The notes below the pieces were generated by a model. The model had not been told where the DNA came from and did not search any database. It saw only the letters and a list, made by a program, of their open reading frames with translations. A DNA stretch of 64,000 nt, taken from NCBI GenBank assembly GCA_951406725.2, contig OX597816.1:101680001-101744000 (forward strand), given 5' to 3'. A program made the position numbers and the translations under genes. This stretch comes from Octopus vulgaris. Taxonomy: Eukaryota. This document shows, in pieces, positions 1-12,900 of the stretch. Position 1 is the first letter of the stretch. Each line of letters begins with the position of its first letter.

Positions 1-846
1 AATCCTATAAGCACACTCACCAGCTATTTGTCTACAGATCATGGCTCTTTCTCAAAATAGTCTACAAAAATATTTTTATCCAAACCAATCTGTGTTTTGA
101 GAAAGGAAAACAAGTGAACTACTGACAAACAACCTCTGAGCGTGTTTATAGGTTTTATAAATTGTGTAACTTCCCGAATATAACAATAACGATTTTGACA
201 AACGGTTCCATATAAAAATATGGAAAAGCCAATTCAAAAATTTTAAGTGTTTCTCATTTTTGTTTTTACTAAACTTTTTTCACACCTCTCATTATATACT
301 CATGATAATGAAGCTCCAAATAATTTTGGAATTGCAATCAGATCGGAATTCGTCTGGCACCAAGGATTTCATTAAAAGAAAACTTCTGTTGTTTAAATGT
401 ACATGATTCAATAAAATGTCATCCTAAATGTAATAGACCATACACTTTTAGTATCACAGATACGAACTAAAAGGTAAGCCTCCATATGCTCGCTTGATCC
501 ACTAGAAATACCAGCCAAATCTCTCACAAGTCACACCCTAGACAAAGGTATACAAAATTACGAGATAGTTAGGGTTATATCATTATATGTTATATCATTA
601 TATAGATGTCTTTTTTCTACCAAGGTCGACTTTGCCTTCTATCCTTTCGGAGTCGATAAAATAAGTACTAGTTGAGCATTAGGGGTAATTGTAATCGACT
701 AAAGTAGTAAGAACTATTTCAGTATATAGATGTTGCATAGAATGTGTGTATGCAATGTATTAAGCGGTTAGGTGAGACTAAATTTTCTCGAAGAATCCCA
801 AAGAATTATTCCTAACCATGCACGCTCTTCTCTCTCTCACTCTCGC

Positions 847-898
<52 letters not shown>

Positions 899-979
899 AC
901 TCTCGCTTTCTCTCTTTCTCTCTCTCACTCACTTTAAGCCCCGCACTCACTCGCTCTTCCTCTCTCCCTTTCTCACTCT

Positions 980-1012
<33 letters not shown>

Positions 1013-1852
1013 GCACACACACACACATACACATTTTCCTCGAGACATGCACATTCACCCATATACATATACTCATAAGATTCCATGAAAACACGGCAAA
1101 CACGAAAATTCTTTACCGCACTAATAGCACAAAACTGACCCCATTACTAAAATTACTTTCTCTTTCGAGTCACACCAGTCATTAACCGTCACTTCTCCGA
1201 TTCCATTATTTATTTCAGCTTCCTTTCTTTTAAACTGAGATCCGTATTTCTTCTTTGGATACTCTTGAAATGATGAACTTCATTCTATAAAGTTGTGATT
1301 CATTTTAGAATCAGAACTTTGTAGAGGGATTTAGGATCTTTTGGAGTTCTATATAGACTTGGAGTGATAATTATTGTATGATGTAGTCAATTAAGATTCT
1401 AGAGAATCATTTATAACCTGAGGACGACACTGATTACCTACTGAAGTTTCTCAAGACGTGTGTCTAACTATCAGTCAATATGTTTTTGTGACGTATAACC
1501 AATTTGATTTTGAAATTCATTTAAACCAACCCTAATAAAAAAAACATTAACCATGTCTAATTTAACTAAAACTGCCTAACCAAGATCAAATTTTCCAATA
1601 GAAAACTGACTATTCTATTTAAGCCCGAATTAGCTGTGATAAAAATGAGAGAACTAATCAAATCTAGTCAGATCAAGATTAACATAACAATCACCGAATT
1701 AATCAAGATTACTGAGTGATCAGACTAGCGGGGATTCTAAACAACTGATCACGCCAAAATTTACCTGAATCAAGGTGAGTAATAAGCTCGGGCATCTGAG
1801 AGGTCAGAGGTTCGCGCCAGGTCGCTTTTAGTACACTGTACATATAGACAAG

Positions 1853-2135
<283 letters not shown>

Positions 2136-2224
2136 GCAGAGATAAAAAGATAAATCGACATATTGAAAAGCTTAGATATGGAGAGAGAGAAAGAGAAAGA
2201 GGGAGAGGAATGCATCCCTCTCAT

Positions 2225-3890
2225 ATAGGTAGCTTATGTGCTGCATAGAGGCTATTTTCTTCGTGTAGCTTCGTGGATTGCCTCAAGTTCTGCGATTAAT
2301 TTGACACTGGCTGGTGATCATAGCTGGGAGCAATAGTCAAAGTGGCTTTGGACAAGTATCCTCCAGAGAACCATCATGGTTTCCCGATCTCTAGTTCTAA
2401 AAGTTCTAAGAATCCATCAGGTCAGCCGCCTGCATTTCATTGCCAACTTAGCAACATGCACATGGAAGGATGCATCATTACTCATGTAAATATCCAGGTC
2501 TCGCACTGACTGTGTCTCTGGAATTGCAATCCCTCCAGGTCCAGTGTATTTACTTGGTATTGCATTTAGTTCTGCATGCTGATGGCACAAGGCTTGAAAC
2601 TTTTCAGCATTAAACTGCATGCTATTCTTTTCAGCCCACTTGTATATTTCATCCAACTCACATTGCAGGTGCATAGTATCTGCAGGGTTCTGTATCACTT
2701 GTGAGACTTTTGTATCATCTACATAACTTGTGATTGTGCCTCTCCGTGTGGTTGAGGGCATATGTGAGAGGGCCATTATGAATAGTAGTGGTCCCAAAAC
2801 AGTGCCTTGCGGAACACCGCTCACTATTTGCATGTCATTAGAGGTGGCCCCATTGGCTACTACCTTCAGAAAGTCACGTGGCCATTCTCCCAATTTTCCG
2901 ACAATGCCGAGACCACGCCGAGACCACGCAGTTCGTGACCCATCATTCCGTGATCAACTTTATCGAAGGCCTTTGCAAAGTCGAGATATATCACTTCCAC
3001 ATTTCAGTGGTTGAGCAGCTGCTCCAACACCCAGTCATAGTATTGTAAGAGCTGAGTCAGGAAGCTTCTTCTGGTCGGGAACCATATTGGGTATCAGTCA
3101 GCAAGTCATTTTCCTCAAAGAAGGTGATTAGTTTTCTTCTGACTATTCGTTCCATGACTTTGCTGATGTGCAAGGTCAGAGAGATAGGTCTGTAGTTTTG
3201 GGCCTCTGCTCTGCTACGTCCTTTATGAATAGGGAATATTTTACCCGCCTTCAGCTTACTTGGAAGTTTGCCAGTTGCAAGGAAGCTCTGAAAGAGGGAC
3301 TGCAGTGGTCTTGCTTACAGGCTTTTAGAAAGATTTCTGGAAATCCATCAGGGCCAGTTACTGAGTTCGGGTTCATTTCATCTATAGCCCTTATTACATC
3401 GTCTTCTTTTATATTGATGTAATCAATCATCACTGCCTATTTTTATATCTGCAGCGGTAAAACAAAAATTCAGCTGCATTGCTGACTTGCAAGTATCCTA
3501 GGGGTGGAGTGAAAAGGCTTTTGAATTGTCCATTTAGTATTTCACTTATCCTCATTGGGCTTCCTGTGGGTGAACCATCTTTTTCGAGTAGTGGCCCCAC
3601 CCTGCAGTGCACTAAGGCTGTTTCTTTGACAAACTTGTAGAAGGCTCTGGGGTTAGATTTTACATTGTCTATAGCCCAGATTTCTTTGTCTGCTCTTTCT
3701 TTATCCTGGGAGGGTTGCAGGCGGGACTTTTCACTGCTTTCAATTTGTTTGTTTAGGCAATTTGAAATTTTTGTACGCCGTCTCATAAGAATTTTCCTCT
3801 CTCTAAGGATTTTGTTCTTGTGTACAGTGGCCTTTCACTCCGGGACACATTAGTAGCATATGGCGTGCATTACAGACATGAAGTTTTGAA
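2225..3890 (-). mobile_element. Truncated, decayed CR1-like non-LTR retrotransposon (RT region)
   Basis: Fragmented ORFs carry GPDGFP, SGVPQGTVLGPLLF, YVDDTK and WAEKNSMQFN. Frameshifted and flanked by microsatellites. Confidence 0.85.
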
Positions 3891-3927
3891 GTTATATGTA
3901 TGTATTTATAATATACTATTATAAATG

Positions 3928-3964
<37 letters not shown>

Positions 3965-4304
3965 AAACATACATACGTACGTACATACATACATACATAC
4001 ATACATACATACATACATACATACATACATACATACATACATACATACATGCATGCATGCAAACATCCATATACTAAGCAGCATATTTTGGATCATGGAA
4101 ATGTCCTATAAGATTACCTTATACAAGTACCCAAGATTTTTGCCCAAAGCTGCGTTATATAATCGAAAACACTGAACAAATATAAAATACAACTTGTTTG
4201 CTTCTTAGCTTTCCGTGAATCAAAACAAATGGTAGAGTGTGAGTGATTTCGATCTTAGCTTTGTTTCTTTTCTGAGGCCACGTTCTATAGATACATATCT
4301 ACTT

Positions 4305-4882
4305 TTCTTCTCTAGGCACCAGGTCCTAAATTTTGGATGGGGGGGCCAGTCGACTAGATCAACACCAGTACGCAACTGGTACTTAATCTATCGGCTCCGA
4401 AAGGATGAAAGGCAAAGTCGATCTCGGTAGAATTTGAACTCAAAACGTAAAGAAAGACGAAATACCTATTTCTTTACTACCCACAAGGGGCTAAACACAG
4501 AGGGGAAAACAAGGACAGACAAACGTATTAAGTCGATTACATCGACCCCAGTGCGTAACTGGTACTTATTTAATCGACCCCGAAAGGATGAAAGGCAAAG
4601 TCGACATCGGCGGAATTTGAACTCAGAACGTAGCGGCAGACGAAATACCTATTTCTTTATCACCCACAAGGGGCTGAACACAGAGAGGACAAACAAGGAC
4701 AGACAAACGGATTAAGTCGATTATATCGATCCCAGTGCGTAACTGGTACTTATGTAATCGACCCCAAAAGGATGAAAGGCACAGTCGACCTCGGCGGAAT
4801 TTGAACTCAGAACGTAGCGACAGACGAGATACTGCTAAGCATTTCGCCCGGTGTGCTAACGTTTCTGCCAGCTCGCCACCTT
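4305..4882 (-). mobile_element. tRNA-derived SINE, tandem trimer
   Basis: Head AAGGTGGCGAGCTGGCAGAAACGTTAGC, B-box GAGTTCAAATTCC, and central box GTCGACTTTGCCTTTCATCCTTTCGGGGTCGAT occurring three times. Confidence 0.9.
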
Positions 4883-5416
4883 GTTCTATAGATGCTTACA
4901 TAGTCACTAGAAATATAGGCTTTATTAAATCGATAAATCTGATTTGCTAGCAACTAAGTTAGTTAATGAATTCTTGATAGGCAAAATAACGTATTTTCCT
5001 TAACTGCTCGACATTTCACCGTCACTGCGATATCTAATACACTAGATGTATACAAGCAAATGTGCTTTTCTCAATTTCTCTGTGGACAGAAAAATACAGA
5101 TTAGCATCACCATTTTCGATATTAGTTGGTATTCATTTCAGAAGTATAAGCAAATATACATGCATATTATTGTATTCATTTTTTTATTAATTGATATTGA
5201 TAGTATATGCTGTTTTCAGTCTTTGGACTGCGGCTATACTCTTGAGTCAGGTACTTGTCTTATTTATTTTTATTTATCCAAACATTAAAGGATGAAACAG
5301 TAATGCAATATAAAAGCAACAACTTTTGTGTAAACATGAATAAACACACATATTCATACGCATATTCACACGCACACACACACATACACACACTGACACA
5401 AGTAAAAACATACATA

Positions 5417-5468
<52 letters not shown>

Positions 5469-5864
5469 TGTGTGTGTGCGCACGCTTTTGTATGTGTGTG
5501 CGCGCGCACTCTCGTGTGTGCACGCGCACTCTCGTGTGTGCACGATGAAAAGTGATAGAGGGAAATTTAAAGGAAAACAGGAAAAGCACACATGCAATGG
5601 ACGTAGACAAGAGCAGACCCTCATCAGTAGTCAACCAAATATCCTAATAATTTTGACCCGCCTATAATATACAGTTTCCGCCCACCAAATTCCCCTCAAA
5701 AAAATATTGTTCAACAGAAGCCATAGAAGATACTTCACAGTGGTGTTAAACAGGTTCGAACCAGATTCACGTGGCTCCATCGTAGCCACAGCGCAGTGAA
5801 TGAAAACTGTAATAGTGTATTAATGAAGTAACAGAATTTCATACAGTATTTAGATACGGCTTTT

Positions 5865-6310
5865 TAGACATTCTGAGTTCAAATACCATCGAAATTAATT
5901 TTGCGTTTCGTCCTTTTGGTGTTGATAAAATAAAGTATCTGTCAAGTCCTGGAGTTGATGTAACTGGCAAGCCGTTCCCCTCAAATTTCTAGTTTTCTTC
6001 CAATGTTATAAACAATTAATCAATTGTGGTGATTTGGTAAAATGTTTTGCGGTATTTGTTCTAATTCTTTACGTTGTGAGTTCAAATCACGCCGAGGTCA
6101 ACTTTATCACTTGGGATCGATAAACTAAAGTATCCGTCAAGTTTTGGGGTGGAAATAAAGACTAACCCCACCCCTAAAACCTGCTGGCATTGTGCCTAAA
6201 TTAGAAACAAGGCGAGCTGGCAGAATATTTAGCGCGTCGAACAAGATGCCCTCGCATCATCTGAGTTCAAATTCCGCTACGGTTGACTTTTATCCTTTCG
6301 GAGTTGAAGT
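5865..6310 (+). mobile_element. Three decayed copies of the same SINE
   Basis: Repeated GAGTTCAAAT plus degenerate central box. Confidence 0.7.
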
Positions 6311-6399
6311 GTTTGTTAAGCTTTTGGGTCTATGTCATCGTATAACTGCCTCCCATAAAAATTGCCAATCTTGAACCAAAATATGAAACAAAATTATTA

Positions 6400-9300
6400 C
6401 TACTCGGAAAGACGAGTGGACAAAGATAAAGACTATTGACACTAAGAAAGACTTGTGGAGGCTGTGGACTTACAATCCTCGCCTTTGTAACATGTAACAG
6501 ATACCATGATTGGCTGAGAGGAGAGAGTCGAGAATCAATCAAACCCAGTTAACACTGAAATGACCTTGGACACGAATACGGCTATTCATTCGAACAGCGA
6601 AAGTAGTACAAACAACTTTGGATGCAATCTGTGCTGTAGGACCTTTGCAACCGAGAAAGGCACCAAGGAAAGACTTGTATGAAGAGGACAGAGCAGTAAA
6701 TCATCCCCGGACTCAAACCACCACAGCAAAGACCTCATCCCGACAAGAAACTGCAAGTTATGAAACTGGTGCATCAGATAGTACTCGGAAGAAACCGAGG
6801 GTTCTGTGGCCTGCTGCTAATGAGAAAGGAAAATATAAAGAGTTTGAAAACAAGTTATGTCGATCTCTTTATAACATGACAGACTCTACAGCGGAGAAAC
6901 TGGGAAAGTTAACAAGCTCAATATACGATACAGGAAAGGAGTTATTTGGCGTGAAAGATAGTATCCGATTAGCGAAAGGAAAGTATGGATCAAGCGGGAG
7001 GATCAGGAAAATGAAACAGTTGAGGAAGGAAAAGCCCAGCCTAAGAAAGTGATGGAAAAGTGCTGCAGAAGACAAAAAACCTGGCCTCGCGCTGCTGTAC
7101 AACAATTTGAAATGGAAACGCTGTTATGTGCAACGACATATCCGCCGATATGAATGACGAAAGGAAAGTAAAAGGACTCGAGGTCATTTTCTGAAGGATC
7201 TGTATGGAGTTACTAAGAAGCTGCTCACTGAATCGATGAGTGGCACTTTATCGTGCACGAAAGAAGAATTGGACGCTCATATGAAAGAAACCTGCAGCGA
7301 TCTGCATCGTAACCAGCCACTGCCACCTCTAAATGGGCTAAAGCATCTCTTGGAACCTGATATCGAATTTCAAATTGGGGACATCAGGGAGAAAGAGGTG
7401 AATGAATTCGTGAGAAAAGCTAGAGCAAAGAGTGCCCCGTGGGGTGATGGCGTCTCGTATAAAGTATACACATATTGCAATCGTCTGCAAAAGAAGCTCT
7501 TTGTTCTATTCCGACAGCTGTGGCGCGAAGAGACTCTTGTAGAGGATTGGTGTAAGGCAGAAGACATATACCTGCCGAAGGAGGCCAATGCAGAGACTAT
7601 GAAACAGTTTAGGCCGATATCTTTATTGAATGTGGAAGGCAAGATCTTTATAGGAATTCTCTCGAGAACAGTGACATATTTACAGAGTAATGAATATGTT
7701 AAATCTGTTCCAAAGGCCAGAATCCCTTGGGATCCCTGGATGCGTTGAACACTGTTTTTCGATTTGGAAAGATATCCAGGATGCCAAACAGAACGAGAGA
7801 AGTCTGGACGTGGTATGGCTTGACCTAGCTAATGTTAATGGCTCAGTGCCACACGAATTACTGATGAGAGCCATGGACCACTTCCACATTCCAGAATAAG
7901 TAACTAAAATAATGAGGATATATTATGACAGTTTCGAGATAGGTTTGCAGCTGCAGATTTTACAACAGATTGGCACCGATTGGAGATTGGCAATGCTGCT
8001 GGCTGTACAATATCTGTCACGTAGTTTATCATAGTTGTGGAGATGATTTTGAAAGCCGTGGATTTTTCGGAACAAATCGCCCATGGACAATCGCCTAAGA
8101 AAGCCTTCATGGATGACGTGACACTTCTATCAACAGACAAGTAAATCATGCGGAGTGCCCTCTTGAGACTAGACGAACTTGTGAGGTGATCAAGGATGTG
8201 GTTTAGAGCAAAAAAGTCGCGTAGTCTGACACTTGTTAAGGGAGTGCAGAAAGAAGTTAAGTTTCGAATAGCTGAAGAAAGCATTCAAACGTCAAAGAAT
8301 AACCCGTCAAGTTTGGGGCAAGCATATACTGCAACATTATCTGATAGGAATGAAAATTATAAAACAAGCTGAGGTTCGATTATCAGCGATTGACAACTCA
8401 AAGTTATCAGGTAAATATAATATTTGGTGCTTACAGTACGGCTTGTATCCGTGACTTTCGTGGCCACTTTTAATATACAAGATAGCATTGTCACGAGTTA
8501 AAATCATTGAACAAAAATGTAAAGTTTCTATTAGAAAGTGGCTAGGCCTACCTCGGATATTAAGTGGTTCAGCTCTTTATCGTTAAAGAGGCTCGTTGCA
8601 GTTACCACTGGCGTCAACAGTCGAAATATATAAACTGGGGAAGGTACGAACAGTGATGATGCTGAGAGAGTCAAAATGGAAATCAGGCGCAATCCACGAG
8701 ATGTGAAAACAGCTAAGAATTGGAAAGCAGAAGCAGAGACTGATGACATCCTGTCTTCTCGTACACACCAAGATATGGTGGGTGCAACGCAAATTCATCG
8801 GAAGGGACTTTGTTTTGGCGTAGATCAGTTCCGACCGTTTGGAAGTATGATGCGGAGCGAACGCAGATCTTTTGTTAGCAACAGTGTCAAAATGAGGGAA
8901 GCAGAGAGAGGAGAGTTTCATTTAATCCAATGCATTCAACAAGGACAGATGACAAGATGGGAGAAACATGTTGTTGAGAGGAAAATAAGTTGGGATGAGA
9001 TATAGAGGTGGACCACATCTCGGCTAAGTTTTCTGATTCGTTCATGCTATAATAATTTGCCATCACCTGCAAATCTAGTAAGATGGAATGTCTCAGAGAA
9101 TGATATATGCAAATGCTGAAAGATCGGAACACTGAAACATATTCTTTCCAACTGTTCACTAGCATTGAACAGGTATACAGGGAGACACAACCTGGTCCTT
9201 AAGGTTATCTTCAATTCTATGAAGAACCAAATTTATCTCAACAACTGAAAAAAGAACCGTTGAAAGTAGCAACTAGAGATTTCATTACCTTCATGCGCTC

Positions 9301-9930
9301 AGGATAGCGGATCCGTTTCAAGAACAACAAACATCCTGTGAGAGATGAAAAATGGAACGGCCATTGGGAGGTGACTACAGATTTACCACGGTGCCAGGAA
9401 CTCTTTCCCATCCCAATTACGAAAAACACCGGACATTTTAATGTAGTGTGAAAGAAAGTTGTGAATCTAGTCGAGTTAACGGTTCCTCATGAAGATAACA
9501 TGGACACCGCTCGAGATCGAAAGACTGGCTGTTATGTAAACCTCCTCGAGGAATATGAAGACGCAGGATGGAAAGCGAAGCGTTTTCCAATTGAAGTCGG
9601 ATGTAGAGGGTTTGTTGGAGACGGTGTGAGACGACTGTTATCGTTAGGCCTAACTCATCGTAAAGTAAATACCACCATGACCGATATCCAAACTACAGTG
9701 GAAAAGGCTAGCCACTGGATTTGGTTAAAAAGAGACGATGAGCGATGGCTAGAATATTGAACTTTATTTGATAACAGTTGATAACCAGCAAACGGAGCCT
9801 GATATCAGTGAGGTGGGGCAGTGCACATTGATGCCGCCGAGAGGTAAGCTCCGAAACTGCGCATTCTCTCCTGATGACCCCATACACTTGCTGGCTTCCG
9901 GCACGTGCAATTTGTTTGAAAAACAACTAA
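6400..9930 (+). mobile_element. Near full-length decayed HERO-like (R2-group, RLE-type) non-LTR retrotransposon
   Basis: Motifs in order: FRPISLLNVEGKIF, GIPGCVEH, WLDLANxxGSVPH, AGCTIS, AFMDD, zinc-knuckle remnant GTLKHILSNC...RHNLVL, and RLE motifs ELTVPHE..RK..Y and PIEVGCRGF. Many stops and frameshifts. Confidence 0.85.
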
Positions 9931-10217
9931 AATAAAGTAAACTTTATATTACAATGTATGTGTTTTTTCTAATACCTGTGAACAGAATACTAACCATGCC
10001 TGCGCTGGTGTAATACGTGTGTTTTTTTGTATGTGTGTTTATATGTGTATATGTATGCATACATGTAGATAATCTATCTTACTTTGAGTGTAATCTGTGA
10101 GTTTACTCTCTGGCTCCAAAACCGAAGTGTTTTCCTGAATTACTCGCGATTTCACATGATATTAATGTGAAGATTTGAAGGTTTGATAATCCAGCGGAAT
10201 GAACATGTTCCGATTGC

Positions 10218-10314
<97 letters not shown>

Positions 10315-12855
10315 TACGTGTTTATACGTATGTATGTATGAGAGAAACAGAAAATGGAATTCATAAGAATATTCATCACAACGATCGTTTCGACCCTTCT
10401 TGCAGGTGGGATACTATACAACTGGTTGTGGTGCAATGGTGGCTACAACTTACGAGTATCATCAGGAAAATAAAATAGAACGCTAATTTAATTTTTGAAT
10501 AGCTTCATGAATAATTGTCCAACAAAAGAATTCAAGTTAATCGCAATATTTTGTAAACTCTCCTTGAGCTAATATCGCAGTTTTCACTTGATTAGGCATA
10601 GTTTTGATAAAATTATGGGTGACAGATTGATCCTACTTTTCATTCAATGCTTCTTTTAGTTCTATAATTAATGTAATTGATATAGATTTTTGACGAACTT
10701 ACTTGTAATCATCCATCAAGATATTCCTACGTATGTTGCATTGAATTAAGATCGAAGATTTCAGTAACCCATTTCAGAAATTTGATTCCGTGGATTCTTG
10801 CTTGTATAGCATGAGCTGCGTCTTATATTGATCTTTTCATCAATTCTTATATTAGGACAGATCGATAAGATACCTTTTTTCAATATTTAAGAGCATTTTA
10901 ATCCATGTAAATGATTTTCAATAAAAATTAGCTCCAATTTCTGTGTCGCTCAGACTGACTCCCCTTTCCATACAAAACTTCAACGTCTCCATTTTGAGCA
11001 GTTCCTTGCAAACAATCTGATTCATGCTTCATAAATATTTACATATATTTTTACTCTGATTTGGAAAATTGTCAGAATATACTTTCAGGAGACCATATTA
11101 ATGATGACCAAATTTCGTCTAATATAACCCTTTAACCTAATCGACTCAACTGGTTTTATATGCTATTGAAATTTTTGGCTTCTTTCTTGCATTTTTTCAT
11201 TCATACCAACGGGGCCTTTCAATGATGTTCTTACGCAATATGGTAACATGTCCATAGAATTTACAACCTCTCTAACAATTCCAGGTCAATGTGTAATACC
11301 GTTCCCTTTAACTGCCCTCTTTGTCCTCTAAACAACTTTCTGTGCCTCACTCCCAAATTCACTCAGCAATTTCCATCTTCAATCAAGCTCTTCACTATAT
11401 TATCCAGTGTTTCATATGAATACTGAAACTCAGATATTCCTTGACTTGGTTTGTCACATTGATACCAGCCGATGACTTACCCGTGTGTAAATTGATCGAT
11501 ATCTTTTTCCCAATTGTTTTCATAGTTGTAAATCCCAAAACAATTAAGCTCATGTATGTACCTGCAAAAAAGGGAAATATATCTAATTAGAGAAAGAAAA
11601 CAAAAAATCAATGGTTGAATTGTGTTCGTCCATGCGCGCGTATGAGTGTATGGTTTAAAATTTTCCGTAGGTCACTTTATGTGTGTGTTTGTGTGTGCAC
11701 GCGTGCGTGTACAGATTTGTTTGTATGCAGATACACATTAACATGTACATATGTGAGGGGGGGTCTTTCTTTCTTTGAGGGCAGTTTTCTGTGTGTTTTG
11801 TTATTCTGCTTATCAATTATCAATATAGGGTGAAGTGAGGTAATTGACACAAACACAAGATGTTGATATTTATATAACATCATCAGTTTCCAGTGTCAAA
11901 ATTATTTTTTTTAGTAGAATGTCGTTATACGTTTATCACTGTCATGCATGCACTATGTATGCCTGCGCAAGTGCATGTGTTTATGTATGAATGTATGTAT
12001 GCATGTATATGTGTATGTATTAGGAAAGCATCTTGGTAGATGTATGTGTGTGTGTGAATGTGTGTGTGTGTATTATGTATGTGCTTAATTGTACATATGT
12101 ATGCATTTATATATTTATGTGTCATTTAACGGTAACTGATATCATGTATAAAAAATGAGGATAAGAGTCGCCGGAACTGGAATTACCCATAAGACAAAAT
12201 GACATTTCGTTAATATAGAGAACATATTCCAGTATATTATTACATATATTCATTATTAAGCTATTATTATGCTATACATACACAAATATGCATTTATATA
12301 TATTATAGTATGGCAGTCGCTATGTGGTAGCAGCGTGTGGTCGAGTGTGAAACAGGAAACGTTTTTAAAATCAACAAATTCGTTAACTCCGTTCACTCGA
12401 CTTTACTCAAACAAACGTTAATAGGACGAGAGACGTCATCTTTCTGTTGCTTTAATTCACTGAAACATCCTGTACATCATCACCTCTTCTGCCATCATGA
12501 CTTTCACTATCTTTACTGTCGCTATTGCTACCATCTCTATCATGCGCATCAGCCCCCATCATGAGGAAAAGACTAAAAACAGGGAAAATTCTTAGGTGTT
12601 CGACTAAGTTCACTTTCGAACATCATCGGTTTCCAACGGATTTTGGATTTTACCCTGAAGAAGGGAAAAGTTGAGGGAGATATTATTGATGAGAGGAGAG
12701 AGATTGGTGGTGCGGGGTGTGATTTCAAGTTCATGGTATAATGAAGAGGCTAATAGTTTATGTAAGTATAGCAAATGAGAAGGGGTGTTGTAATCTGAGA
12801 GACTGATGTTGATTTTAGCGGAACAGATAGGAGAGATTATGGTGCAAGACAAGGA

Positions 12856-12900
12856 ATGACGGCATGGCGGCGGACGTACTGTATTTACATTTTGTGTTTA
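12856..12900 (+). CDS. Tentative first (signal-peptide) exon of the Delta-like gene
   Basis: ATG-initiated MTAWRRTYCIYILCL would join in phase 0 to VIQCCES and give a plausible signal peptide, but the donor tta|gtgaac is weak. Confidence 0.2.

Noticed and set aside
1795-1830. GGTTCGCGCC B-box-like tRNA candidate
   Set aside because: No cloverleaf or acceptor stem can be built.
4305-4882. Repeat-spacer appearance resembling CRISPR
   Set aside because: The units are ~180-bp SINE copies with near-identical 'spacers', the context is eukaryotic, and there are no cas genes.
12497-12595. MTFTIFTVAIATISIM as the signal exon
   Set aside because: Good Kozak context but no usable phase-0 donor before the stop.
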